DNA of 64,000 bases, from NCBI GenBank assembly GCA_001824825.1, contig MHTK01000006.1, positions 57,051 through 121,050 on the forward strand. The letters run 5' to 3'. Source of the DNA: Candidatus Vogelbacteria bacterium RIFOXYD1_FULL_46_19. Its GTDB lineage: Bacteria > Patescibacteriota > Minisyncoccia > Phycocordibacterales > XYD1-FULL-46-19. Below, piece after piece: positions 49,807 through 57,675 of the stretch. How positions within the stretch are numbered: position 1 is the first letter of the stretch; every line of letters starts with the position of its first letter. The translations under genes were made by a program, and so were the position numbers. The notes beneath the pieces were generated by a model. It was not told where the DNA came from and did not search any database. It was given only the letters and a program-made list of their open reading frames with translations.

Positions 49807-50343
49807 TTATACGAATGACGTATGATGGACCTGTGAGAAATCTTGTGAACCAGATTCAGGTGAATCACTAATTTTAATATATTTTTTGCTCGCAAAGTAA
49901 AATACAACGACTGTTAATATTAAACCGGCCAATTCTGCACCGTAAACTGCGAGTTCTAAATTTACTATTTCTCCTTCCATATCTCCTACAGCTGTTAAGA
50001 TTGATTCAACATACACTAAGATACTTAACGCAGTTAGAGTAGTGGCTATATTTATAACTTTTCGTATATCTTTAAGTATAAAATATTTATTTACACGACG
50101 AGATGATAATTTTACTCCAAGCCATATGGCCAAAACCGGAACAATAATATATCCAATCATTGTTAAGCTTGGGGTTAGCCAGGTACAAATTGATTGGCTT
50201 ATTAAACCGCCAAATCCACAATCTAAATATAAATACCCTGTTAAAGCTGTATAAATAAGCTGAAAAATAACAGCAATAATTCCCGCTACAAACCAATGAG
50301 ATGCTGCGATTCGCCAAGCTGAATATTCTTTCTTTGTTTTCAT
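49807..50343 (-). CDS. hypothetical polytopic membrane protein; AT-rich coding sequence
   Basis: Five or six hydrophobic helices; composition differs sharply from the flanking genes. Confidence 0.45.
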   Translation of the reverse strand: MKTKKEYSAWRIAASHWFVAGIIAVIFQLIYTALTGYLYLDCGFGGLISQSICTWLTPSLTMIGYIIVPVLAIWLGVKLSSRRVNKYFILKDIRKVINIATTLTALSILVYVESILTAVGDMEGEIVNLELAVYGAELAGLILTVVVFYFASKKYIKISDSPESGSQDFSQVHHTSFV

Positions 50344-50523
50344 CTACTTTATTTAATGAATAAATAATATCTTTACTAGCCACTTCGTCTAAGGCTAGTA
50401 TATACCTTATATTTAAAAAAATATAGTAGGGCTAAACACCTCAAGGAAGTGCTTCGCACTCAAAATTTATGTGGTCGACAATAATTTGTTTTTCGTCAAA
50501 ACTAGAAATCTAATATAAATAAC

Positions 50524-50871
50524 CTACTTATAGATTATGGACTTATGGTATTTTTCTTGAAAATGCGTTAATTCTTTAATCTCATCGATAGTGTAGTCCT
50601 CCCCTGCCGACACAATTAATTTTATTTCCCCATCACCTTCCCTCTTAATTCCAGCAATCACTACTCCTTCAAACTCAGCAAGGGCTATCTTGGGTCCAAA
50701 AACATAAGCATCGATTTCCTCTTGATCAGCCTCAGATATAGTTCCTGGAATATAGCCATAGTTGATCGGATAAATAGTGGTAAAGCGCGGGTCCGGATGC
50801 TTTGAGCCTAATGGCCTGTCCATTACTACTTTCACTTTTTTACCAAGCCAAATTTTAATTTCAGGTAGCAT
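50524..50871 (-). CDS. short, divergent inorganic-pyrophosphatase-like protein (115 aa)
   Basis: YPINYGYIPGT..EADQEEIDAYV aligns to the family I PPase core YPxNYGfIp.T...DGDPlDvlV; the N-terminal active-site region is absent. Confidence 0.45.
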   Translation of the reverse strand: MLPEIKIWLGKKVKVVMDRPLGSKHPDPRFTTIYPINYGYIPGTISEADQEEIDAYVFGPKIALAEFEGVVIAGIKREGDGEIKLIVSAGEDYTIDEIKELTHFQEKYHKSIIYK

Positions 50872-50955
50872 ATGATTGAAAGTTTATTGGTGCGCTTCGC
50901 GCGCAATTTGTTGTGGTCCACAATAATTTACTCGTCGCCACTCGTAAAATTTTGC

Positions 50956-50972
50956 CGACCCCTACCGGGAAT
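50956..50972 (-). repeat. 17-nt copy (one indel) of the 3' end of tRNA-Glu, about 170 bp downstream of the tRNA
   Basis: gacccctaccgggaatc here versus gaccctaccgggaatc at 51141-51156. Confidence 0.6.
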
Positions 50973-51139
50973 CTCCCCCTACGGGGGCGGGTACTTTTCG
51001 GCCAAGACACCTTTACCAGGTGCTTGGCAGCGAAAAGTCTTTCCATTTCCGGACGCAAGACAAGTAGTTGTCTTGCTTAGGGTCACAGCTAGATTTGTAA
51101 AACAAAACCACTCCTTCGGAGTTGTTTTGTTACCAAAAT

Positions 51140-51211
51140 CTACGCTGTGACCCTACCGGGAATCGAACCCGGATTGCCGCCTTGAGAAGGCGATGTCCTA
51201 ACCGTTAGACG
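51140..51211 (-). tRNA. tRNA-Glu (anticodon CUC), 72 nt, CCA not encoded
   Basis: Manual fold: 7-bp acceptor stem with one G-U, D-arm, anticodon loop ttCTCaa, T-arm ccggg-ttcgatt-cccgg, discriminator A. Confidence 0.85.
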
Positions 51212-51376
51212 ATAGGGCCAGAAGGAAGCAATATAGTGTATGAAGTATACTGTATTTAGTATATGAGACTTCCTATACAAAATACCATATACGACATACT
51301 CCATACTATCTCAGTCATCAATTATACGGAAAAATGGCCTAAAATCAAGACAAAAAAACAGTTAAATTTCCTTAAC

Positions 51377-51406
51377 TTGACAAATTGAGCTTATATAGTG
51401 TATAAT
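51377..51406 (+). promoter_or_regulatory. sigma70-like promoter (TTGACA-18-TATAAT)
   Basis: TTGACA at 51377-51382 and TATAAT at 51401-51406. Confidence 0.5.
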
Positions 51407-51515
51407 AAAAAAGGTTTGAACTTCGACAAGATCTGCTGGGGTCCGCCCCTGTATTGCCTGGTCCGCCCAGGGTCAAGCAGATCACCAAGGCGTCTCCGGA
51501 CGCAAGGAGAGAAAG

Positions 51516-52148
51516 ATGAGCCAGGAACCCACCATCGAGACCATGTTTTTTGTCTTTGTATGCGCAGCCCTTGGGCTACTACTGGTGACTATACTCACTG
51601 TTAGGATTCTTTACAGTATTAAAAGATTCCGCCAGCAACGGAAAAACGGCAAATGGTTGATGATTCTATACAACCACAACCAAGAAAGTTTCCTTGCAGC
51701 CCTGGAAAGCCGAGAGATTGCGGTATATAGTCAATTCAATCTCCCTTTATGCCTTGACGAGTTCGGACTTGAGCCATCGGCCAAAGCTTACGGCTCTTGG
51801 CTAAGGTGTCAAGCCAACGACCAGGAGAAATATCACCTGGAATACGGTCCGGAAAATGAGTTTGGTAGTAAAGATTGGGACTTGGACAAAAGATGGGAGT
51901 GGCTACTGAACCACCTGCGTAGGGTTGTCTATGCTTTCAACGGCAACCAGGGCAAGGTCATCAATTTTTGCAACCAAACCTTTAAACGGCACGAGAAGTA
52001 CTGGAATAAACTCTTTGACCTTACTCCTTGGCATAACGAAAATTGGTTGGACAAGGCATTAGACCTTGTGATGTCTAAATATCGAGAGGAAGAAGAGAAA
52101 CGAAGAGTGGCCAGGTTGGTCAACAGAGCCAACCAAGCTCTCAAGTAA
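51516..52148 (+). CDS. hypothetical membrane-anchored protein (210 aa)
   Basis: N-terminal TM helix, a Trp-rich soluble domain and its own terminator. Confidence 0.5.
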   Translation: MSQEPTIETMFFVFVCAALGLLLVTILTVRILYSIKRFRQQRKNGKWLMILYNHNQESFLAALESREIAVYSQFNLPLCLDEFGLEPSAKAYGSWLRCQANDQEKYHLEYGPENEFGSKDWDLDKRWEWLLNHLRRVVYAFNGNQGKVINFCNQTFKRHEKYWNKLFDLTPWHNENWLDKALDLVMSKYREEEEKRRVARLVNRANQALK

Positions 52149-52155
52149 AATAATA

Positions 52156-52193
52156 AGCCCCGGCTTGCACCAAGCAAGCCGGGGCTAAATTTT
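52156..52193 (+). terminator. intrinsic terminator
   Basis: 13-bp stem agccccggcttgc-accaa-gcaagccggggct followed by aaatttt. Confidence 0.7.
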
Positions 52194-52264
52194 CCTCAAG
52201 TTTACAGACGATTGGTTTTATGCTAAAATATAAACAGTAAGATAACCCAAGGAGGGATTCCCTG

Positions 52265-52417
52265 ATGGATATCTCCGGAGCGACAGTCGGGGTGATTGTA
52301 GCTGTCCTAGTGGTAATAGCGCTCTACCTGATCTGGCACATTTGGCAGTGGTGGCGCGACGCACCCAACCCCGAAGCGGAACGAAAGAAGGAAGAGTTTT
52401 GGAAAAGTATTCGCTAG
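52265..52417 (+). CDS. small hypothetical TM protein (50 aa), not in the supplied track
   Basis: AGGAGG RBS 7 nt upstream of the ATG; MDISGATVGVIVAVLVVIALYLIW...; followed by a terminator. Confidence 0.45.
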   Translation: MDISGATVGVIVAVLVVIALYLIWHIWQWWRDAPNPEAERKKEEFWKSIR

Positions 52418-52428
52418 TATTAAACAAC

Positions 52429-52467
52429 CGACCGTCTTTGCCTCAAGCAAAGACGGTCGTATTTTTT
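52429..52467 (+). terminator. intrinsic terminator
   Basis: cgaccgtctttg-cctcaag-caaagacggtcg followed by a 6-nt T-run. Confidence 0.7.
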
Positions 52468-52486
52468 AAAAAGTTTTGTGATAATG

Positions 52487-53803
52487 TTACCGGGCTTTCC
52501 ACTCTGGTTCCTGCCGACACAAAAGTTCCCCCGCCCGTAAGGGTTCAGCCATAACTTCCTCCACCACCCGCTCCAGACGCATCCCCTGAGAACCCTTAAT
52601 TAAAACCAAGTCACCGGATTCAATAAAAGAATCTAAAAATTTCCCAGCCTCCAGTGCTGTGTGGAAACTTTTAATTTGCTCTACCTTCATCCCCCCCTCC
52701 AGAGCCCCCTCCACGATAAACTTGGCTCGCAAGCCCACTGCCACCAAATAGTCTAAAGTCTCCGCGGCCAAGCGACCGGCTTGCCGATGCGCCTCGATGG
52801 TATACTCGCCCAACTCCAACATATCTCCGAGAACGGCCACTTTCCGACCAGCCCCCTCTAACTTGTTTAAAGTCATCAGAGCCGCTTCCAAAGCCGCTGG
52901 CGAAGAATTATAAGTATCATCTAAAAGCATAGCACCTTTAATGCCAAGGATAAGCTTCAAGCGACCAGGCGGCGTCACGAGAGCGGTCTGGATTTCCTCA
53001 GCTACACTTACAATATTCAGCTCGGTGGCTACCCCCACCGCAATCGCCGCCAGGACACAATAAACCTGATGATCTCCCACCACCTCTTTGATCCGAATGG
53101 GAATAATCTGACCATTAGTATTTAACTTAAAAGAAATACCGGCGGGTCGAGTGCGTCCACCGGCTTCTTCATACAAGGTTTGAATATTTGAAGCGTAAAT
53201 ATCAGCCTCTGGACTAAAGCCATAGCTTAAAGTGCGAACTGTTAGTTTCTGGGCCCGCTCCCGCAAAGTTTCATCATCAAAATTATAGATTACAATCCCG
53301 TCTTTTTTTACTCCGTGAACTAGGGCCATTTTTTCCTTCACTACCCCTTCACGATCGGGGAAAAATTCAATATGCACCGGTACTTCCGGGAGACGTGTTA
53401 AAACCCCTATATCCGGCTTAAGCCATTTCATCATTTTACTGATGTCCCCCGGTCGGTCCGCCCCCACCTCAAGCACCAACCACTCCGGATACTTAGTGGG
53501 AAAAAGTAAATCAGAAGCACCAGCTAAAATCACCTTAGTCCAGCCCCAAGGCGACAACCAAGCCGACTTACGGCCCAAGATAGTAAGAGGTAACCCAGTT
53601 TCGCTGTTATAGCTTTTTTCACTTTTACGGACCCGATAAGCTGACGCTAAAATGGTGTAAATTGCATCTTTGGTCGAGGTTTTGCCGACACTGCCCGTCA
53701 CCGCCACAATTTTGGGCCGGTGCTTCCGTAGAAGCCACCTGGCTTCATAGGCTAAAATATTGGAAATAACCTGCTTACACCAACTCTTTAAATTTTGAGT
53801 CAT
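52487..53803 (-). CDS. murF: Mur ligase, MurF-like (UDP-MurNAc-tripeptide:D-Ala-D-Ala ligase)
   Basis: TGSVGKTSTKD P-loop, SYNSETGLPLTIL and the dcw context. Confidence 0.8.
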   Translation of the reverse strand: MTQNLKSWCKQVISNILAYEARWLLRKHRPKIVAVTGSVGKTSTKDAIYTILASAYRVRKSEKSYNSETGLPLTILGRKSAWLSPWGWTKVILAGASDLLFPTKYPEWLVLEVGADRPGDISKMMKWLKPDIGVLTRLPEVPVHIEFFPDREGVVKEKMALVHGVKKDGIVIYNFDDETLRERAQKLTVRTLSYGFSPEADIYASNIQTLYEEAGGRTRPAGISFKLNTNGQIIPIRIKEVVGDHQVYCVLAAIAVGVATELNIVSVAEEIQTALVTPPGRLKLILGIKGAMLLDDTYNSSPAALEAALMTLNKLEGAGRKVAVLGDMLELGEYTIEAHRQAGRLAAETLDYLVAVGLRAKFIVEGALEGGMKVEQIKSFHTALEAGKFLDSFIESGDLVLIKGSQGMRLERVVEEVMAEPLRAGELLCRQEPEWKAR

Positions 53804-53823
53804 AATCAGATGAAATTTATTCT

Positions 53824-55533
53824 CTAACGGTCTGGCGGAACTTCATAATAGTTTAGCAAAAATTTGGCCGTCTCCATAAAGGGCCCAGTGAGGGTCTCTG
53901 AAGAGTAACGTATATTACGCGGGTTGACCAGATACATAAAAACTACAAACCGAGGCTGGTAAGCTGGATAGTAGCCGAAAAACGAGTGCAAATAACGATC
54001 TTCATCATACCCACCACCGGCGGCCGCAATTTCGGCGGTACCGGTTTTAGCGGCAATACTGTAGTTTGGCAAACTGGCGGTACCACCCACCAAAGCCTCA
54101 TCCACCGCCTTGATAAGCATTTGAGTGATATCTTCCAAGGCGCCCCGATTTAAGAGTCCCTCCTTCAGTATCACCGGTTCTAAATTTTTAGTGGGCCCCA
54201 AATCATACTTGATAGATTTCACCACCCGCGGCTGAACCAACTTGCCACCATTCGCGAGCACGGCAAAGGCCCGCGTAATCCCAATCGGAGTTAGAGCAAT
54301 ACCCTGCCCAAAAGAGGCGGTGGCGTACTCCACCTCGCGCGGGCTATTTAAGTTTTTAACCAAGCCGGCCACTTCACCCGGTAAATCTATCCCTGTCTTG
54401 TCCCCCAAGCCGTAGGCCAGCATATAATCGCGAAAGCTCTCTTTACCCATTTTCTGCATCACAAAGACCGCGCCGGTATTTAAAGAGTTGTCAATAACCT
54501 CCTGCATATCCACCAAACCACGCGCCTTTTTGTCGTGATTCATAATCCGACGATTGTTTAAAATCACCTCGCCAGTATCAAAGTAAGTGCTCCCTGGTTT
54601 AATGACCCCTTGGTCTAGCCCGGCCGCTAGGGTTAAAGGCTTGACCACCGAACCCATTTCAAAAACCCGCTCCACTAAAGGGTTTGGTAAATTATCTAAG
54701 CTCGCTTGCCGGCCACCCGGGTCAAAGTCGGGAAAGGCCGACATGGCTAAAATGTCGCCCGTATGAGGGTCCATAATAATCGCCCCGCCCGCTTCGGCCC
54801 CCCAGCGCTCGACAGCTTCACCTAATATCTTTTCCAGCCGAGCTTGGACCACCGGCTCGATAGTGAGAACGATATCGCCCTCAGACTCAACCGCTTCGGC
54901 CGTCACCACCCCTTTAACCCCTAAAAATATCTCCGCAAAAAAACTCGCAAAGGAACCAGTCTCACGACTGGTTAAAATATTATTATAATAATGCTCTAAG
55001 CCGTAGATTCCCGTGTACTTTTCATTTTGATTAGCCATAAAACCTAGAACGTGAGCCGCGGTTCGACCGGCTGGGTAAAAGCGCCGTTTTTCCTTGTGCA
55101 CATACAGACCGCGAACGTCTAAAGCTTTAATTTTCTCGGCTACATCAGTCGTCACCCCGCCAGCTATCTCCTCGTACAAACTTTTAGTTTTTTTTGTTTG
55201 AGCCAAAAAATCCGACCGTTTCAAATCCGGTAGAATGGGGGCCAATAAATCATAAACCTGGTCAGCTTCCGTCACCAGCTGAGGATTCATAGTAATTAAA
55301 AACTCCTGCCGCAAGGTAGCCGCCGGTACTAAAGTTTGATTTTTATCCGAAAAATAAATCGAACCGCGATCAAAAAAAGTTCGGGCCGAACGCAAATATT
55401 GTTTATCGGCTTGTTCGCCGTAACTATCACCATGTACCACCTGCAGAAAAAAAAGTCGAGTCGCAAAAATTACCGCCACCAAGGCTAGACCCAGACCGAT
55501 AAGTTTTAGACGAAAAATGGCATTAACTTTCAT
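53824..55533 (-). CDS. ftsI: penicillin-binding protein, transpeptidase (FtsI-like, dcw cluster)
   Basis: TM anchor, SxxK (SVVKP), SxN (SLN) and KTG (KTGTAE). Confidence 0.85.
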   Translation of the reverse strand: MKVNAIFRLKLIGLGLALVAVIFATRLFFLQVVHGDSYGEQADKQYLRSARTFFDRGSIYFSDKNQTLVPAATLRQEFLITMNPQLVTEADQVYDLLAPILPDLKRSDFLAQTKKTKSLYEEIAGGVTTDVAEKIKALDVRGLYVHKEKRRFYPAGRTAAHVLGFMANQNEKYTGIYGLEHYYNNILTSRETGSFASFFAEIFLGVKGVVTAEAVESEGDIVLTIEPVVQARLEKILGEAVERWGAEAGGAIIMDPHTGDILAMSAFPDFDPGGRQASLDNLPNPLVERVFEMGSVVKPLTLAAGLDQGVIKPGSTYFDTGEVILNNRRIMNHDKKARGLVDMQEVIDNSLNTGAVFVMQKMGKESFRDYMLAYGLGDKTGIDLPGEVAGLVKNLNSPREVEYATASFGQGIALTPIGITRAFAVLANGGKLVQPRVVKSIKYDLGPTKNLEPVILKEGLLNRGALEDITQMLIKAVDEALVGGTASLPNYSIAAKTGTAEIAAAGGGYDEDRYLHSFFGYYPAYQPRFVVFMYLVNPRNIRYSSETLTGPFMETAKFLLNYYEVPPDR

Positions 55534-55849
55534 TATCTAAGAGCGAGAGAGTGAGAGTATTGGGTACAACTTTGGCAAAGACCCCTTTGGCTGGAGCATC
55601 GACAAAGCCGCGCTCATAAGCTAACTCTAAAGTAATTTTTTCCGATAAAGCCATATACTCGGACACCAAGCCGGTAATTTCGGTTTCGGTTAAAGAAATC
55701 ATTTCCTCCTGCTCCTTTCTGGCCACCACATTGAAAATTGAGCTATTCACTAAATAGACATACAACAGGGCCTGACTGACCAAGATTAAAATAAGCAGTC
55801 CAATTATTTTCTGCTCGATATTTGGAATCAGTAAGGCTTTAGTGGTCAT
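55523..55849 (-). CDS. ftsL: FtsL-like cell division protein
   Basis: Small single-TM coiled-coil protein lying between rsmH and ftsI. Confidence 0.55.
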   Translation of the reverse strand: MTTKALLIPNIEQKIIGLLILILVSQALLYVYLVNSSIFNVVARKEQEEMISLTETEITGLVSEYMALSEKITLELAYERGFVDAPAKGVFAKVVPNTLTLSLLDNES

Positions 55850-55889
55850 TTTGAGTCTAAGTGAATTAATAATTAAAAGTAAATTGAAG

Positions 55890-56783
55890 TTATATTTTTT
55901 GCCAAACTCTAAGCTGGGCGCTCCGACTACGAGGATTAGCTAAAACTTCAGCTCGGGTCGGCTTGATGGCCCGCTTAGTAATAGCTTGTCCAACCCCGGA
56001 GGCCCGAAGCTCGGCCCCAAACACTTTAGCAATCCTAGCCTCTAGACTATGAAAAGAAATGACTCCCAGTCGCCCTCCAGGGACTAGTACCTGCCAAGCG
56101 CCCGCGAGACCTTCTTTAATAGCCTCAAGCTCATCACCCACGGCGATCCGTAAAGCCTGAAAGGTCTTGGTCGCCGGATGGATCTTGCGCCGTCGATACC
56201 ATAGTGGTACCGCCCTTTCAATGGCGCCCACCAGATCAAAAGTAGATGCTAGTGGTCGGGCCCGTCTAGTTTCAATGATCTCCCGGGCAATCCGGCGGGC
56301 AAATTTTTCTTCACCATAGGCATAAATAATGTCCGCGAGGGCTGTTTCATCTAGAGTGTTAAGTAAATCAGCGGCCGTTAGACGATCGCCGGGACTGGCA
56401 CTTAAGGTCATCTTAAGCGACTCATCTCGCTTGAAAGACAAGCCTCGTCCAGGCTCATCCAACTGCGCTGAGTTGAGGCCGAGGTCAAACAGGGCAATAT
56501 CAACCTTAGCTATCCCCTCTGCCTCTAATCTTTTCTTTAACTCGCGAAAGTTAGCGTTAAGAAAGATAAGCTCACACGAGGCTTGAGCTAAACGCTCTTT
56601 AGCTATGGCGAGGGCGGCTGGGTCCTCATCAAAAGCAATCAGCGTCCCCATAGGACCAATCGCCGAGGCCAATTGTAGCGAGTGACCACCAAAGCCAACC
56701 GTCGCGTCGACCACCGTCTCACCGGAAACCGGAGCCAGATTGGTTATAACTTCATTTAAAAGAACTGGGGTATGAGAACTCAT
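55890..56783 (-). CDS. rsmH: 16S rRNA m4C1402 methyltransferase RsmH (MraW)
   Basis: HTPVLL.E, VDATVGFGGHS and the SAM-binding motifs. Confidence 0.9.
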   Translation of the reverse strand: MSSHTPVLLNEVITNLAPVSGETVVDATVGFGGHSLQLASAIGPMGTLIAFDEDPAALAIAKERLAQASCELIFLNANFRELKKRLEAEGIAKVDIALFDLGLNSAQLDEPGRGLSFKRDESLKMTLSASPGDRLTAADLLNTLDETALADIIYAYGEEKFARRIAREIIETRRARPLASTFDLVGAIERAVPLWYRRRKIHPATKTFQALRIAVGDELEAIKEGLAGAWQVLVPGGRLGVISFHSLEARIAKVFGAELRASGVGQAITKRAIKPTRAEVLANPRSRSAQLRVWQKI

Positions 56784-56785
56784 AC

Positions 56786-57220
56786 TTAAAGGGCGCCGAT
56801 TTCGCCTAATTTTTCCGCCAACATATCAGCCTGTTTTTTGACCCGACCGGTATAATCTTTCCAACGGTTTTCGTCCCATATTTCTAGCCGGCTATGCAAA
56901 CCCGCGATTACCACCTTGGTCGAGAGTCCGGCAAACTCTCGTTGGAAGTCTGGTAAGAGAATACGCCCCATGGCATCAACATCAGTCTCCACCGCTCCTC
57001 CGAGCATAAAACGGTTAAAATCGCGGGTGCTCGCCTGGCCGAGGGAAAGGTTAGCCAACCCTTGGGCTGCTTTTTCCCACTCCTTCAAGGGATAAACAAA
57101 AAGACAGTTATCTAAGCCGTAAGTGACCACTACCTTTTTGCCAATCTCCTTTCTAAACTTGGCGGGTAAAGCCAAACGCTTTTTGACGTCAATTGTGTGC
57201 CGGTATTCTCCTATCAACAT
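56786..57220 (-). CDS. mraZ: transcriptional regulator MraZ
   Basis: Two DXXXR-containing repeats (IDVKKRLALP / DAMGRILLP) and the first position in the dcw cluster. Confidence 0.9.
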   Translation of the reverse strand: MLIGEYRHTIDVKKRLALPAKFRKEIGKKVVVTYGLDNCLFVYPLKEWEKAAQGLANLSLGQASTRDFNRFMLGGAVETDVDAMGRILLPDFQREFAGLSTKVVIAGLHSRLEIWDENRWKDYTGRVKKQADMLAEKLGEIGAL

Positions 57221-57250
57221 AAGCGTTTTTGGTTAATTACCCTTTCTTTG

Positions 57251-57336
57251 GAAATAGTATTTTTGGCAAAATACTATTTCCCACTTCTTCCCACTACACT
57301 GATAGTATAACCCACCAAGGTCCACTTCCCAACCCC
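57251..57336 (-). promoter_or_regulatory. mraZ promoter/operator region
   Basis: On the minus strand: TTGGGA-17-TATACT, then GTGGGAA-gaa-GTGGGAA direct repeats 10 bp apart, then a perfect 13-4-13 palindrome (plus-strand 57251-57280); the 26-bp repeat copy 2 at 57311-57336 spans the -35 box. Confidence 0.5.
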
Positions 57337-57348
57337 GGTTATCCACAT

Positions 57349-57386
57349 AAAACTCAACCGCCGGCGGTCGCCGGCGGTTGAGTTTT
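57349..57386 (-). terminator. strong hairpin ending the lysS-side transcript just upstream of the mraZ promoter
   Basis: aaaactcaaccgccggcg-gtc-gccggcggttgagtttt. Confidence 0.6.
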
Positions 57387-57675
57387 ACCCCCTCCCTAAT
57401 CACCAATTACAGCACATCTGTCCCTATCCAAGGTTTAACCTTGGACTCCATTATTACACCACACCAACCACCATCCTGAAGTTTAACTTCGGGATGGGAG
57501 GGAGGGTGGTGTAATATTGCTTATTGGCGTGCCAGAATACCCCGAGGCTTTGCCTCGGGGATAGGAGGCACTAACGACAGGAACGGCGGAGCCGTTTCTT
57601 CTACCAAAAAACCAGCCCTGGTGCCTTCGCCTAATATCCCGCCCCTTTGCCTCGGGGATAGGACGAAGAACTGGT

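Noticed and set aside
51079-51146. 11-bp repeat agggtcacagc / gctgtgaccct flanking the hairpins just downstream of tRNA-Glu, considered as an att site.
   Set aside because: The two copies are inverted, not direct. They simply extend a hairpin in the tRNA trailer. The direct repeat at 50956-50972 is the better att candidate.
50872-51150. 92-aa plus-strand ORF across the tRNA-Glu trailer.
   Set aside because: It overlaps the tRNA gene and its terminator hairpins.
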